Positions 20,290 to 30,481 are shown, numbered from the stretch's first letter. The stretch: 64,000 nucleotides of DNA from Candidatus Enterousia sp. (GCA_045593685.1 JAZNXD010000018.1:41247-105246); one strand, 5' to 3'. Made by a program: numbers and translations. The notes: generated by a model from the letters alone, not told the origin.

Positions 20290-21392
20290 AACCAATACTA
20301 TTTAACTTTACGGACCCAGAACTGGAAAAATTTCTGGTTGATATGGGGCAACCTAAATTTCGGGCACGTCAAATTCGTGACTGGTTAAATCGTGGTGCGC
20401 CGGATTTTGCATCAATGAAAAACATACCGGAAAAACTGCGCCAAGAATTGGACACGGTTGCGCAAACTTTGCCGGTAAAAATTGTACGCAAGTTGGAATC
20501 GTCTGATGGTGAAACGACCAAGTTTTTGCTGGAATTAAACGATTGTGAACAAATTGAATGTGTATTAATGCGAACCACATACGGCAACAGTGTCTGTGTC
20601 AGTTCCCAGGCCGGCTGTGCCATGGGCTGCAAATTTTGTGCCAGTACATTGTTGGGGCTAAAAAGAAATTTATCATCCAATGAAATCTTTGCCCAGATTT
20701 TAACGGCCCAATGGGAATTGCGTTCCGATAAATTCAGTGAAAAACCAATTCGTCCAAACGGTGATGCAAATAATGGTGACGTATCACACATTGTAATTAT
20801 GGGTACGGGCGAACCACTGCAAAACACAGAAAATGTTATCGATTTTATTGAACGTGCAAATCGTGATATGGGTATTGGGTGGCGTCGTATAACGTTATCT
20901 ACGTGCGGAATTGTTCCGGGTATTGACCGGTTGATTCAATGGAATCGTCCGATTAATTTGGCAATATCCTTGCATGCACCGACCGATGAATTGCGTTCGC
21001 AAATTATGCCAATAAACAACAAATATAAATTAAGCGAAGTCCTGGATGCGGCGTGGCGCTTTACCGATAATCATAATCGTCAGTTAATGATAGAATACAT
21101 CCTGTTGGCCCGGCGCGATGAAAAAGGCGAAACGGTTTTATATAATGCAACACCCGAATATGCCGAAAAACTGTCTGAACTGTTACGTGGAAAAAATTGT
21201 ATGGTAAATTTAATACCGTGGAACGCGGTTGATGAACGCGACTTTGCATCCCCGTCGGGCAATGCGGTACACAGATTCCAGGATACATTAATAAAAAATG
21301 GAATTCATACGCGTATCCGTCGTGAACGTGGCACCGATATAGGTTCGGCCTGTGGGCAATTACGTTTAAATAATGCAAGGGGAAAAAAATGA
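20286..21392 (+). CDS. rlmN: 23S rRNA/tRNA m2A methyltransferase RlmN (radical SAM)
   Basis: CxxxCxxC in GCAMGCKFCAS. C-terminal Cys in SACGQL. Confidence 0.9.
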   Translation: MKPILFNFTDPELEKFLVDMGQPKFRARQIRDWLNRGAPDFASMKNIPEKLRQELDTVAQTLPVKIVRKLESSDGETTKFLLELNDCEQIECVLMRTTYGNSVCVSSQAGCAMGCKFCASTLLGLKRNLSSNEIFAQILTAQWELRSDKFSEKPIRPNGDANNGDVSHIVIMGTGEPLQNTENVIDFIERANRDMGIGWRRITLSTCGIVPGIDRLIQWNRPINLAISLHAPTDELRSQIMPINNKYKLSEVLDAAWRFTDNHNRQLMIEYILLARRDEKGETVLYNATPEYAEKLSELLRGKNCMVNLIPWNAVDERDFASPSGNAVHRFQDTLIKNGIHTRIRRERGTDIGSACGQLRLNNARGKK

Positions 21393-22141
21393 ATCTGCGA
21401 TATATAACATGTTCTGATCCACGCGAACATTTACCGGTACCGGATGTTATATCATTGTTAAAAATGTCACCATTGGTTGAAATTGGTATACAGACATCGT
21501 CCGGCACAATGTCGCAGTTAAAGCCACGAAAACTGTGGTTTGATGTATTGATGTTTCATGTTGTAAACAACCCGCATCCCCTAAATGTGGCACTGCATAT
21601 AAATTATGATTGGTGCGATGATATGTGTTCTGGCAAGATACCATATGAAATAAAAAATTGGTTAAAAATGCGTAATCGTCGTACAGATGGGCCGGCAATC
21701 CGTCGTTGGCAATTAAACATAGGCGACCGCACACAAAATTTTGATGCGGCATCTGTTGCGCGTTTAATACGTTCACATCCCGAACAAGAATTTATTTTAC
21801 CCTATAATGACAAAGTTAAATCCAAGATAGAATTTCTTTATAAAACGGGTGCAAAATTTTCACTGCTGTATGATTCTTCATATGGTTATGGTGTGTCGCC
21901 CGAAAATTGGAACGCGCCGGTATATATCACGCATCCCATGGGGTATGCGGGTGGCCTGTCACCGGAAAACGTGTCGGAAAATTTGAATAAAATTAGTGCT
22001 GTTACCCCACGCGATTACAGCACATGGATTGATGCCGAAGGACGTCTTATGAAACCCGGCACACGACAATTTGATATTGATCGTGCCCGACAATATGTTC
22101 GAAATGCACTTGCCTGGCAGGAAGCGCAAAACAAACGATAA
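21389..22141 (+). CDS. Hypothetical protein, divergent phosphoribosylanthranilate-isomerase (TrpF)-like TIM-barrel C-terminus
   Basis: Motif YAGGLSPENV and the trailing WIDAEGRLMKPGTRQFDIDRARQYV parallel TrpF GGLxPxNV ... GVDxSSGVE...G.KD. The start overlaps the rlmN stop (ATGA). Confidence 0.4.
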   Translation: MNLRYITCSDPREHLPVPDVISLLKMSPLVEIGIQTSSGTMSQLKPRKLWFDVLMFHVVNNPHPLNVALHINYDWCDDMCSGKIPYEIKNWLKMRNRRTDGPAIRRWQLNIGDRTQNFDAASVARLIRSHPEQEFILPYNDKVKSKIEFLYKTGAKFSLLYDSSYGYGVSPENWNAPVYITHPMGYAGGLSPENVSENLNKISAVTPRDYSTWIDAEGRLMKPGTRQFDIDRARQYVRNALAWQEAQNKR

Positions 22142-22226
22142 AAATTCCGGCTTTTGCCGGATTTTTAATTTGAAAATATGCATTTAATTTTGTATCTTAA
22201 AAACACGATAATCACAGGGGAAAAAC

Positions 22227-22421
22227 ATGGATGAAAAAAAATTATCTTTTGAAGAAGCCTATCAACAATTAATGGAATTGGTAAAAAAAATGGAATCTGG
22301 TCAATTACCATTGGCTGATTCTGTATCTGCCTATGAACAGGGGATTAAGTTAAAGGCATATTGTGAACAATTATTAAAAGAAGCCGAATTAAAAATAGAA
22401 ACATTAAAAGTCAGCGCTTAA
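22227..22421 (+). CDS. xseB: Exodeoxyribonuclease VII small subunit
   Basis: 64-aa helical protein. SFEEAYQQLMELVKKMESGQLPL is the XseB signature. Promoter TTGAAA-N17-TATCTT upstream. Confidence 0.8.
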   Translation: MDEKKLSFEEAYQQLMELVKKMESGQLPLADSVSAYEQGIKLKAYCEQLLKEAELKIETLKVSA

Positions 22422-22447
22422 TACCACAACAACTAAACGGATATATC

Positions 22448-24973
22448 GTGGCAGAAAAAAGTAAATTAACCCCCGTAATGCAGCAATATGTGGATATGAA
22501 ATCTGAAAATCCGGATGCATTACTAATGTTTAGGTTGGGGGATTTTTATGAATCTTTTTTTGAAGATGCAAAAATAATCAGTGGTACTTTGGGGCTGGTA
22601 TTAACGGCGCGTGGCACGGACGGTGATGGCGCTTCAATTCCAATGTGTGGGATTCCATGGCATGCGGCGGATAATTATTTTGGTCGCCTGGTGCGATCTG
22701 GGTACAAGGTTGCATTGGTTGAACAAATGGAAACCCCGGCCCAGGCCAAAGAACGCGGGCATAAATTTATTGAACGTCGTGTTGTTCGCGTATTAACACC
22801 GGGAACATTGACGGATGAAAATTTATTAACACCAAAGAATTCTAATTTCTTGGTTGCGGTTGCACCCATTGGTGGTGGTGCATACGATATTGCGGGTTGT
22901 GATATATCGACGGGTGAATTTTTTGTTGGTCAAACATCCGATGCACTTGATGACTTGACCCGTATCAACCCGGCCGAGGTTATATTTCCCTTTTCCACCG
23001 CCGAAGACAAAACAATCAAGAAATTACGTGACACATTTAAATCAACACCAGTATATGAAAAACTGTATCATCGTGCAGATATTGATATGGTTGTATCGCG
23101 TGTGTTTGGTGGTGCGGTGGATTCCGGTATTGCCGCCAAGAATAATGATGGTGCGATATGTTTGTTGGCGGGATATTTGTTTAACACCCAACGTGATGCG
23201 AAAATAACATTTCGTGCGCCATACACATTTAAATCTGGACATCAGTTGTTAATAGATTCTGCCACATGGCGCAGTCTTGAAATAGACGCCCCAATAAATG
23301 ACGGCGGTGTATGTTTAATTGACGTCTTGGATGAAACGACAACATCTGCGGGTGCCCGCAAGATGCGTGCATATCTGCGAAATCTATCATCAGATATTAA
23401 TGAAATAAAAATGCGTCAGTTACATGTTTCGCACTTTTTATTGAATCCCGATGTTTTGGCAATGACACAAAATGTTTTGTCTTCTGTACCGGATGTTGGT
23501 CGTGCATTATCGCGCCTGTTGTCCGGTCGTGGTGGCCCACGTGATTTACGTCACATTTCGGAATTTTTAATTACGTTGCCCCGGGCGCAACTTTTGTCAT
23601 CGCGTCTTGATATGGGGTTTGCACCACGATTTGAATCGATTAATACACATGGCGAATTATCGAACCGTTTGTCGCGTGCCCTGGCGGATGAATTGCCAAC
23701 ATTTTTCCGTGATGGTGGTGTTGTGCGTGATGGTTTTGATATGGCACTGGATAACATGCGCGAATTGTCAAATGGTGCGCGCGAAACGATTGCGGGTCTG
23801 CAATCTGAATATATTTCCATGACGGGTATAAACAATCTGAAAATAAAATATAACAATATACTGGGCTATTTTATCGAAATCCCCAGTTCCCGTGCCGACA
23901 CATTATTAAAACCCGATTCTGGTTTTATTCATCGTCAAACAATGTCGGGCAATATGCGTTTTACCACGTCGCGTCTGATTGATTTGGATAACGATGTTCG
24001 CAGCGCCGCCGAAAAAGCATCTGCGATAGAGGCGGAAATCATCAATACCTTTATTGAATCAATTCGTGAAATATCGGATGATTTGCTGTCTGCGGCCGAT
24101 TTGTTGGCGGATGCGGATGTTTGGTGTGCACTTGCCACGGTGTCGGATAAATATTCATGGGTTATGCCGGAAATAACGGATGATTGTGCATTTGATGTAA
24201 CGGGTGGTCGTCATCCGGTAATTGAATCGGTATTGCGCACACGCGGTGATAATTTTGTTAAAAATGATTGCAATTTAAATACACATGCCATTGCATTATT
24301 AACCGGACCGAACATGGCGGGTAAATCCACATATTTACGCCAAAATGCATTGATTGTGGTATTGGCACACCTGGGATCCTTTGTGCCGGCGACCCGTGCA
24401 CGCATTGGAATCTGTGACCAATTATTCAGTCGTGTTGGTGCATCGGACAACCTGGCGGCGGGTCAGTCAACATTTATGGTTGAAATGGCAGAAACGGCAA
24501 ATATTTTAAATCGTGCAACCGAACGTTCTTTTATAATCTTTGATGAAATCGGTCGTGGAACCGCGACATACGATGGCATGGCTATTGCCCAGGCGGTATT
24601 GGAATACCTGGACGCGTTACAGTCACGAACATTGTTCGCGACACACTATCATGAATTAACCGCATTAACCGGCGACCGGGGACTGGGGCATGTTACATGT
24701 TTAACGATTGATGTACGTGAACATAACAATGAAATTGTATTTATGCACAAAATTGTACCGGGTGTTGCAAATCGTTCGTATGGTATTCATGTGGCGCGCA
24801 TGGCGGGCATGCCATCATCTGTGATTGCGCGTGCGGAATGTGTATTGTCTGCTTTGGAATCAAACGAACCGGTTCAACCCACGGCGACCTGTGCCCCAAT
24901 CCCAAAACCCATACGCAAAAAGGCGGTTATATCAGATAACCTGCCCCAACCACAACTAAGTTTATTTGGATAG
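22448..24973 (+). CDS. mutS: DNA mismatch repair protein MutS
   Basis: N-terminal mismatch-binding TPVMQQY...GDFYE. Walker A GPNMAGKST. 841 aa. Confidence 0.9.
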   Translation: MAEKSKLTPVMQQYVDMKSENPDALLMFRLGDFYESFFEDAKIISGTLGLVLTARGTDGDGASIPMCGIPWHAADNYFGRLVRSGYKVALVEQMETPAQAKERGHKFIERRVVRVLTPGTLTDENLLTPKNSNFLVAVAPIGGGAYDIAGCDISTGEFFVGQTSDALDDLTRINPAEVIFPFSTAEDKTIKKLRDTFKSTPVYEKLYHRADIDMVVSRVFGGAVDSGIAAKNNDGAICLLAGYLFNTQRDAKITFRAPYTFKSGHQLLIDSATWRSLEIDAPINDGGVCLIDVLDETTTSAGARKMRAYLRNLSSDINEIKMRQLHVSHFLLNPDVLAMTQNVLSSVPDVGRALSRLLSGRGGPRDLRHISEFLITLPRAQLLSSRLDMGFAPRFESINTHGELSNRLSRALADELPTFFRDGGVVRDGFDMALDNMRELSNGARETIAGLQSEYISMTGINNLKIKYNNILGYFIEIPSSRADTLLKPDSGFIHRQTMSGNMRFTTSRLIDLDNDVRSAAEKASAIEAEIINTFIESIREISDDLLSAADLLADADVWCALATVSDKYSWVMPEITDDCAFDVTGGRHPVIESVLRTRGDNFVKNDCNLNTHAIALLTGPNMAGKSTYLRQNALIVVLAHLGSFVPATRARIGICDQLFSRVGASDNLAAGQSTFMVEMAETANILNRATERSFIIFDEIGRGTATYDGMAIAQAVLEYLDALQSRTLFATHYHELTALTGDRGLGHVTCLTIDVREHNNEIVFMHKIVPGVANRSYGIHVARMAGMPSSVIARAECVLSALESNEPVQPTATCAPIPKPIRKKAVISDNLPQPQLSLFG

Positions 24974-24978
24974 ACAAG

Positions 24979-25854
24979 ATGACACCATCTGGATGGATTA
25001 TTTTGGACAAAGATTCTGGTCTGTTTTCACGAACGGCGGGGGGGCGCATTGCGCGAATGCTGGGGACAAAAAAGTTTGGTCACATTGGCACATTGGATCC
25101 AATGGCGACGGGTGTTTTACCCATTGCGATTGGTGACGCAACCAAAATGATACCCTTTGTCCAGGATGCAAATCCGCACATCAAAGAATATCTGTTTTCA
25201 TGTAAATTTGGTTTTGAAACGGATACGTTGGATATAACGGGTCACGAAATAAATCGCAATGATATTATTTTATCGGACGAACAAATTATACGCGCCCTGC
25301 CCGATTTTATTGGGAATATATCGCAAATCCCACCCATGTATTCGGCGGTACACGTTGATGGTGCCCGTGCACACGAATTGGCACGTCACAATAAAATTGT
25401 TGAAATTCCACCACGCAGTGTTGAAATTTATGAATTGGAATACCTGGGGGTGCGGGACGGTTCCTGGCATTTTCGGATGCGTTGTTCCACCGGCACATAT
25501 GTACGTTCCATTGCGCGTGACATCGCAAAAAAGTATGGGGCATTTGCCACGGTTGACATGATACGGCGCACCTCTGCAAATGGTTTTGACATAAAAAATG
25601 CGGTAAAACTTGATTTTTTGGAAAAAGTATTTAATAATAGTGGCAGTTTTGGTTCAAACCTAAAACCGGTGGATTTTGGACTGGGGGACATTCCGGTTCT
25701 GAATCTGTACGATAAAGATGCCGAATTTTATAAAAACGGTGGCTTTATCAAAACTGATGTGGCAAATGGTTTGTATCGCATTTATACAGATGACCTGTTC
25801 ATTGGTATTGGCGCGGTATCCGAAAATATGTTGCATCCAAAACGAACAATTTAA
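24979..25854 (+). CDS. truB: tRNA pseudouridine(55) synthase TruB
   Basis: Catalytic motif GHIGTLDPMATGVLP. Confidence 0.9.
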   Translation: MTPSGWIILDKDSGLFSRTAGGRIARMLGTKKFGHIGTLDPMATGVLPIAIGDATKMIPFVQDANPHIKEYLFSCKFGFETDTLDITGHEINRNDIILSDEQIIRALPDFIGNISQIPPMYSAVHVDGARAHELARHNKIVEIPPRSVEIYELEYLGVRDGSWHFRMRCSTGTYVRSIARDIAKKYGAFATVDMIRRTSANGFDIKNAVKLDFLEKVFNNSGSFGSNLKPVDFGLGDIPVLNLYDKDAEFYKNGGFIKTDVANGLYRIYTDDLFIGIGAVSENMLHPKRTI

Positions 25855-25872
25855 AAATAAAAGGAAAATATA

Positions 25873-26145
25873 ATGTCCGTAACAAAAGAAAAGAAGTCTG
25901 AATTGATTCAGGCATACAAAGTATCTGACAAAGATAATGGCGGTTCTGTTGAATCCCAGGTTGCAGTGTTAACCGAACGTATTCGTAACCTGACGGAACA
26001 TATGAAGGCAAACCACAAAGACAACCACTCGAAACGCGGTCTGTTGTTAATGGTTAACCGTCGTAAAAAATTGTTGGCCTATATCAAGAAACGTAATCCT
26101 TCTGATTACGAAGCCTTGATTAAAAAATTGGGTCTGCGTAAATAA
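25873..26145 (+). CDS. rpsO: 30S ribosomal protein S15
   Basis: 90-aa S15 sequence. Classic truB-rpsO order. Confidence 0.9.
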   Translation: MSVTKEKKSELIQAYKVSDKDNGGSVESQVAVLTERIRNLTEHMKANHKDNHSKRGLLLMVNRRKKLLAYIKKRNPSDYEALIKKLGLRK

Positions 26146-26149
26146 TATA

Positions 26150-26178
26150 AAAATACCGGCAATCGCCGGTGTTTTTTA
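26150..26178. terminator. Bidirectional terminator ACCGGCaatcGCCGGT after rpsO and nth
   Basis: Hairpin followed by T6. A tract on the other side. Confidence 0.65.
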
Positions 26179-26823
26179 TTTGTGTAATTTTTTTCTAAAT
26201 GGGCAAAATTCTGCCGCGGCGCATATTTCACACTTTGGTCGCAACGCCGTGCAGACATATCGACCATGTAAAACCATAACATGATTTACCTTGTCGTGAT
26301 ATTCGCGCGGTATTTTTGAGAGTAATTTTGCCTCTACCTTTTCTGGCGTGTTATCACAATCACCAACCCAACCATATCGGTGTGCGTTGCGGAAAACATG
26401 CGTATCCACGCCAATGTTTGGTGCACCCCATAAAACATTGCAAACAACATTTGCGGTCTTTTGCCCAATACCGGGCAGGCGCATCAGTTCATCGCGATTG
26501 TGATATTTGTCTGGGAAAGTATCTGTAACATTTTCCGCCGCCAGCATTTCAGCCAACGCAATAATATTTTTTGCCTTGTTATTAAAGAACGAAATAACCC
26601 TGATATGACTTTTTAACCCATCAATCCCCAGGGCCAACATCTTCTGTGGTGTTGGTGCCACACGAAACAGTTCGGGTGTAACCTCGTTCACTTTTTTATC
26701 GGTCGCCTGGGCAGACAGAATCACCGCCACCGCAAAGTTAAATTCATTTGTATGATACAGTTCCGACCGAATTGTCATATCAACGGTCGGAATAACTGCA
26801 TCAAAATATTGTGCCGGTGTCAT
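26176..26823 (-). CDS. nth: Endonuclease III
   Basis: HhH-GPD LPGIGQKTA. Four-Cys Fe-S cluster CTALRPKCEICAAAEFC. Real start MTPAQYF. Confidence 0.85.
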   Translation of the reverse strand: MTPAQYFDAVIPTVDMTIRSELYHTNEFNFAVAVILSAQATDKKVNEVTPELFRVAPTPQKMLALGIDGLKSHIRVISFFNNKAKNIIALAEMLAAENVTDTFPDKYHNRDELMRLPGIGQKTANVVCNVLWGAPNIGVDTHVFRNAHRYGWVGDCDNTPEKVEAKLLSKIPREYHDKVNHVMVLHGRYVCTALRPKCEICAAAEFCPFRKKLHK

Positions 26824-27062
26824 TATTTTAATTTCTGTAATTGTTGTAATGCCAACTCTTCTATAATCTTTTTGTTTTGTTCCAAGATTTTTGCATTTTG
26901 CATTTGAATTGCACACATATTGCTCAATAACAACTCTGTTTCTCTTGATAATCCTGCCCGTAACCATGCTTTATATGCACAATCCTTTGATGCTATGCAC
27001 TCACCTGTTCTTCCGTTACGGTACTCACAGTTTATTGATGGATTTAAACAATATTCTTCCAT
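26823..27062 (-). CDS. Small Cys-rich hypothetical protein (79 aa) translationally coupled to nth
   Basis: Strong ribosome-binding site AAGGAG 7 nt before the ATG. TAATG stop/start overlap with nth. Cysteines arranged C-x6-C-x9-C-x5-C. Confidence 0.45.
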   Translation of the reverse strand: MEEYCLNPSINCEYRNGRTGECIASKDCAYKAWLRAGLSRETELLLSNMCAIQMQNAKILEQNKKIIEELALQQLQKLK

Positions 27063-27072
27063 AACTTACTCC

Positions 27073-30000
27073 TTATGCTTTTTTTACAGAAATACTTAAA
27101 GTATACCCTTCTATATCCTTGCTGTATTCACCATCACCGCAAACCATTTCAACAACCAACGCATCGCGCATAATACGTTTTTTATGCTGTTCAATCGCAA
27201 TCGCCAATGCAGGGTCTGCATTGTATGTCAACACAATGCGGTCGGATACATCCAATCCCGCCGCCTTGCGTGTATCCTGGATAAAGCGCAATGCATCATT
27301 TGCCAACCCTTCGGCCACCAGTTCTGAATTAACATCTGTATCCAGAACGACCACCGCGGTGTTATCTGGTAATGCCGCACCTGTAACACCATCGCGCATG
27401 TTCAGGCGCATTTCAAATTCGTCTGAATTTAATGTATGACCCGCGGCAATTAATTTATCGCCTGCAATTTCATAGTCCCCGCGTTTAACAGCCGGGATAA
27501 TTTCTTTTAATGCACCGCCCAAACGTGCACCAATCTTTGGTGTAATCAGGTATACAAAACTGTCCGCAACATCACCAAACGAATCTTCGAACTTAACCGA
27601 TTTAACATTTAATTCGTCTTTGATAATATCGGCGTATTCCGGCATGTTTGCACCCGCCACCGTTAACGAATTTAATGGCAAACGATTGCGCAGTTTATAT
27701 TGTTCACGCAACTGTTTTCCAACCGATACGATTGATTGCACGCGTCGCATATCTTCTACGATTTTTGTATCCACCGTACCCGCCGTTGGGAACGCTGTCA
27801 AATGTACAGATTCATCCCCGGTCAGGTTTTTATAGATATGTTCCGCGACAAACGGTGCGAACGGCGCAATCACGCGACAGAATTTTACCAATACTGTATA
27901 CAGCGTATCAAATGCCGCCTGTTCTTCATCCCAGAAACGTGCGCGCCCGCGTCTGATGTACCAGTTGTTCAGGATATCCAGGAATCGCACAAATTCTTTG
28001 ATTGCCACGTCCGGTTTATATTCATCCAGCGCATTTTTCACCACACATACCAAAACATTTAATTCGGCCAGGATATATTTATCCAACGGTGTTGTGCCAT
28101 CTGTTATTTCATGCGCGGTCACATTGCCTGCATTGGCATACAATGTAAAGAAGTGATATGCGTTCCACAGCGGTGTCTGAATTGTTTTTGTTGAATCAAC
28201 AAATACCTTGCCTTCTTTATCGACGGGCACCGGTTCCGCCTTCATAAAATTCGACCCCAGTATATATAAACGCACGGCATCTGCGCCATATTGTTCAATT
28301 TGTTCGCTTGGGTCAACAAAGTTCCGCAATGATTTCGAGAATTTTTTCTTATTCTCGTCCACCACCATACCGTTTGCAGACACGGCCCTGAACGCAGGCT
28401 TATCAAACAACGCCGTCGCCAATACCATCAGCGCATAGAACCAACCACGTGTTTGGTCCTGGCCCTCTATAATATAGTCCGCCGGAAATGTCGCCGCAAA
28501 GCGTTCTGCGTTTTCAAATGGATAGTGCAGTGACGCCCATGGCATAGAACCACTTTCCACCCAGCAATCCAAAACATCTGTTATACGCGTCCAACCATCC
28601 TTGGTCAGTTTATCCAGTGTTGGGCGATGCAAATCATCAATTTTCACACCAAAGAATTCTTCTAATTCTGCGATTGACCCGAATACTTTGTATTCACCGT
28701 CCTTTTCCCAAATTGGCAAAGGCATCCCCCAGAAACGATTTCGTGAAATCGACCACGGGCGTGCATTTTCAATCCACGAACGGAAACGTTCCCCGGCACT
28801 TGTCCAATTAACCAATGCATTATTTGCCAATAATTTGTCTTTAATTTTTGGCACATCGATATACCAAGAATCCGTTGCGCGATAAATTAATTTTTCTTTG
28901 GATCTGTCACCAAACGGATAACTGTGTTTGTATTGTTCTTTTTTGACCAATCGTCCATTTGTTTTCAGCCAATCCAAAATAGCGGGCGTCGCCGCAAAGA
29001 TATTTTGTCCCGCAAAATCCACAACCGTTTCATCAAAATTGCCATAGTCATCCACATTTAACAGTACCGGGAATTTTGCATCAATATTTTTTGCCGCCCA
29101 AAAGTCGTCCGCCCCATACGCCGGCGCAATGTGTACAATACCCGTACCGTCAGAATCCGAAACATAGTCCGCCGGTATTACCTGGAATAATAATTCGGAC
29201 CCGCCCGCATAATATGGGAACAGCGGTGTATAGTGCATCCCGACCAAATCTGCCCCCTTAACAGAGCCAATCTGGGTTGCGTTTGCGAATTGTTTTTCGT
29301 ATGCCGCCAGGCGCGAAGCAGCAACAATATAAATCGCGCCGTCTGCATCCTGCATACGCACATATTCCATGTTGGGATTTACCGCCAACGCAGAATTTGC
29401 CGGCAACGTCCATGGCGTAGTTGTCCATGCAATCGCGCGGTCGCCATTTTCCAATTCAAACCAAACCGTTACCGCATCGTCAACAATTTCGCGATAGTCA
29501 CTGGATGCCTCGGAATTTGACACAACCGTACCATTAACCCAGTCATATGGATTCACGCTGTAATCTTTGTACAACAGACCCTTTTCATACAGCGACTTTA
29601 ATGTCCACAACATGGATTCCATATAGTTTTTATTCATGGTCTTGTAACCATATTCATCACCAATATCGACCCAGCGTCCCATGCGCGTAATAAAACGATT
29701 CCACTCGTTTGCATATGTCATAACATCGGTTCTGCACATATCACAGAACGCCGAAATGCCGTCACTTGCAACAATGTCTTTGGCTGATTTTCCCTGTTTT
29801 TTTTCAACGGAATTTTCCGCCGGCAACCCGTGGCAATCCCACCCCAGTTCGCGACGTACAAACCGACCGTTCATTGTCTGGAAACGACCAATCATATCTT
29901 TTACCACCGACACACCCAAATGTCCCCAGTGTGGTGTTCCATTGGCAAAGGGTGGACCGTCATAGAAAGAAAACGGATGTCCCTGTTTTGTTTGCTCCAA

Positions 30001-30096
30001 CGACTTATGAAATGTATTATTTTCGCGCCAATATTCCAACACCTGCTGTTCCAATTCAGGAAAGTTTGCACGTGGGTCTGTTTTTGGGTATGCCAT
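27073..30096 (-). CDS. ileS: Isoleucine--tRNA ligase, type 2 (eukaryote-like)
   Basis: FYDGPPFANGTPHWGHL HIGH-region typical of type-2 IleS. KMSKS region. 1007 aa. Confidence 0.9.
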   Translation of the reverse strand: MAYPKTDPRANFPELEQQVLEYWRENNTFHKSLEQTKQGHPFSFYDGPPFANGTPHWGHLGVSVVKDMIGRFQTMNGRFVRRELGWDCHGLPAENSVEKKQGKSAKDIVASDGISAFCDMCRTDVMTYANEWNRFITRMGRWVDIGDEYGYKTMNKNYMESMLWTLKSLYEKGLLYKDYSVNPYDWVNGTVVSNSEASSDYREIVDDAVTVWFELENGDRAIAWTTTPWTLPANSALAVNPNMEYVRMQDADGAIYIVAASRLAAYEKQFANATQIGSVKGADLVGMHYTPLFPYYAGGSELLFQVIPADYVSDSDGTGIVHIAPAYGADDFWAAKNIDAKFPVLLNVDDYGNFDETVVDFAGQNIFAATPAILDWLKTNGRLVKKEQYKHSYPFGDRSKEKLIYRATDSWYIDVPKIKDKLLANNALVNWTSAGERFRSWIENARPWSISRNRFWGMPLPIWEKDGEYKVFGSIAELEEFFGVKIDDLHRPTLDKLTKDGWTRITDVLDCWVESGSMPWASLHYPFENAERFAATFPADYIIEGQDQTRGWFYALMVLATALFDKPAFRAVSANGMVVDENKKKFSKSLRNFVDPSEQIEQYGADAVRLYILGSNFMKAEPVPVDKEGKVFVDSTKTIQTPLWNAYHFFTLYANAGNVTAHEITDGTTPLDKYILAELNVLVCVVKNALDEYKPDVAIKEFVRFLDILNNWYIRRGRARFWDEEQAAFDTLYTVLVKFCRVIAPFAPFVAEHIYKNLTGDESVHLTAFPTAGTVDTKIVEDMRRVQSIVSVGKQLREQYKLRNRLPLNSLTVAGANMPEYADIIKDELNVKSVKFEDSFGDVADSFVYLITPKIGARLGGALKEIIPAVKRGDYEIAGDKLIAAGHTLNSDEFEMRLNMRDGVTGAALPDNTAVVVLDTDVNSELVAEGLANDALRFIQDTRKAAGLDVSDRIVLTYNADPALAIAIEQHKKRIMRDALVVEMVCGDGEYSKDIEGYTLSISVKKA

Positions 30097-30274
30097 AATT
30101 ATACTCCGTTTTTATATTAAAAAAGGGCGCCCATGCGCCCCAGCCACCGCCAAAGCGCAGTGTCCGTTATTTAATAATAATTATTGTTGTTTGTTTCATC
30201 ACGCCCCAGGTTACAACGTATTTACAGAAAATGCAAGTATTGATATCCACCCAAAATATTTAATTATCTAATGG

Positions 30275-30303
30275 TTGCAATTTGTATTTTATGTAAATAT
30301 AAT
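30275..30303 (+). promoter_or_regulatory. Sigma70-type promoter TTGCAA-N17-TATAAT for leader/HTH cassette A
   Basis: -35 TTGCAA at 30275-30280 and -10 TATAAT at 30298-30303, 17 nt apart. The same hexamers occur at the paralogous locus B. Confidence 0.6.
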
Positions 30304-30339
30304 GCATATGCATCGGAACAATCCCGGTGTGGGGTATAA

Positions 30340-30481
30340 GAACCTCTCCAAGATGTCTGGCAAGACATAAAACTACCTCCAACCCTGGTTGGAGGGCCGG
30401 GATATATATAAATAAACGGCACTATTCTTGGATAGTTCTTAACCTCCAACCGCTTTTGAAATTCAAATGCGGTTTCTTTAT
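30340..30481 (+). promoter_or_regulatory. Structured 5' leader A (attenuator/riboswitch-like)
   Basis: Hairpin at 30353-30368, then a 7-nt linker. Stem CCTCCAACC (30376-30384) pairs with GGTTGGAGG (30387-30395). A 46-nt spacer contains a small hairpin. ACCTCCAACC (30442-30451) overlaps the terminator stem AACCGC...GCGGTT followed by a T tract (30448-30481). The architecture is identical at locus B. Confidence 0.6.

Noticed and set aside
30241-30252. DnaA-box-like ATATCCACC upstream of ileS, possible oriC near the parAB and mnmG region
   Set aside because: It is a single imperfect 9-mer. No cluster of boxes or AT-rich DNA-unwinding element was found by eye.
30352-30369. Possible 5-codon leader peptide (ATG TCT GGC AAG ACA TAA) ending 7 nt before CCTCCAACC in leader A, suggesting trp-style ribosome-mediated attenuation
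   Set aside because: It has no Shine-Dalgarno sequence. The equivalent position in leader B has a 26-codon frame that reads through the P1 hairpin with no conserved stop placement. It is kept only as a speculative mechanism.
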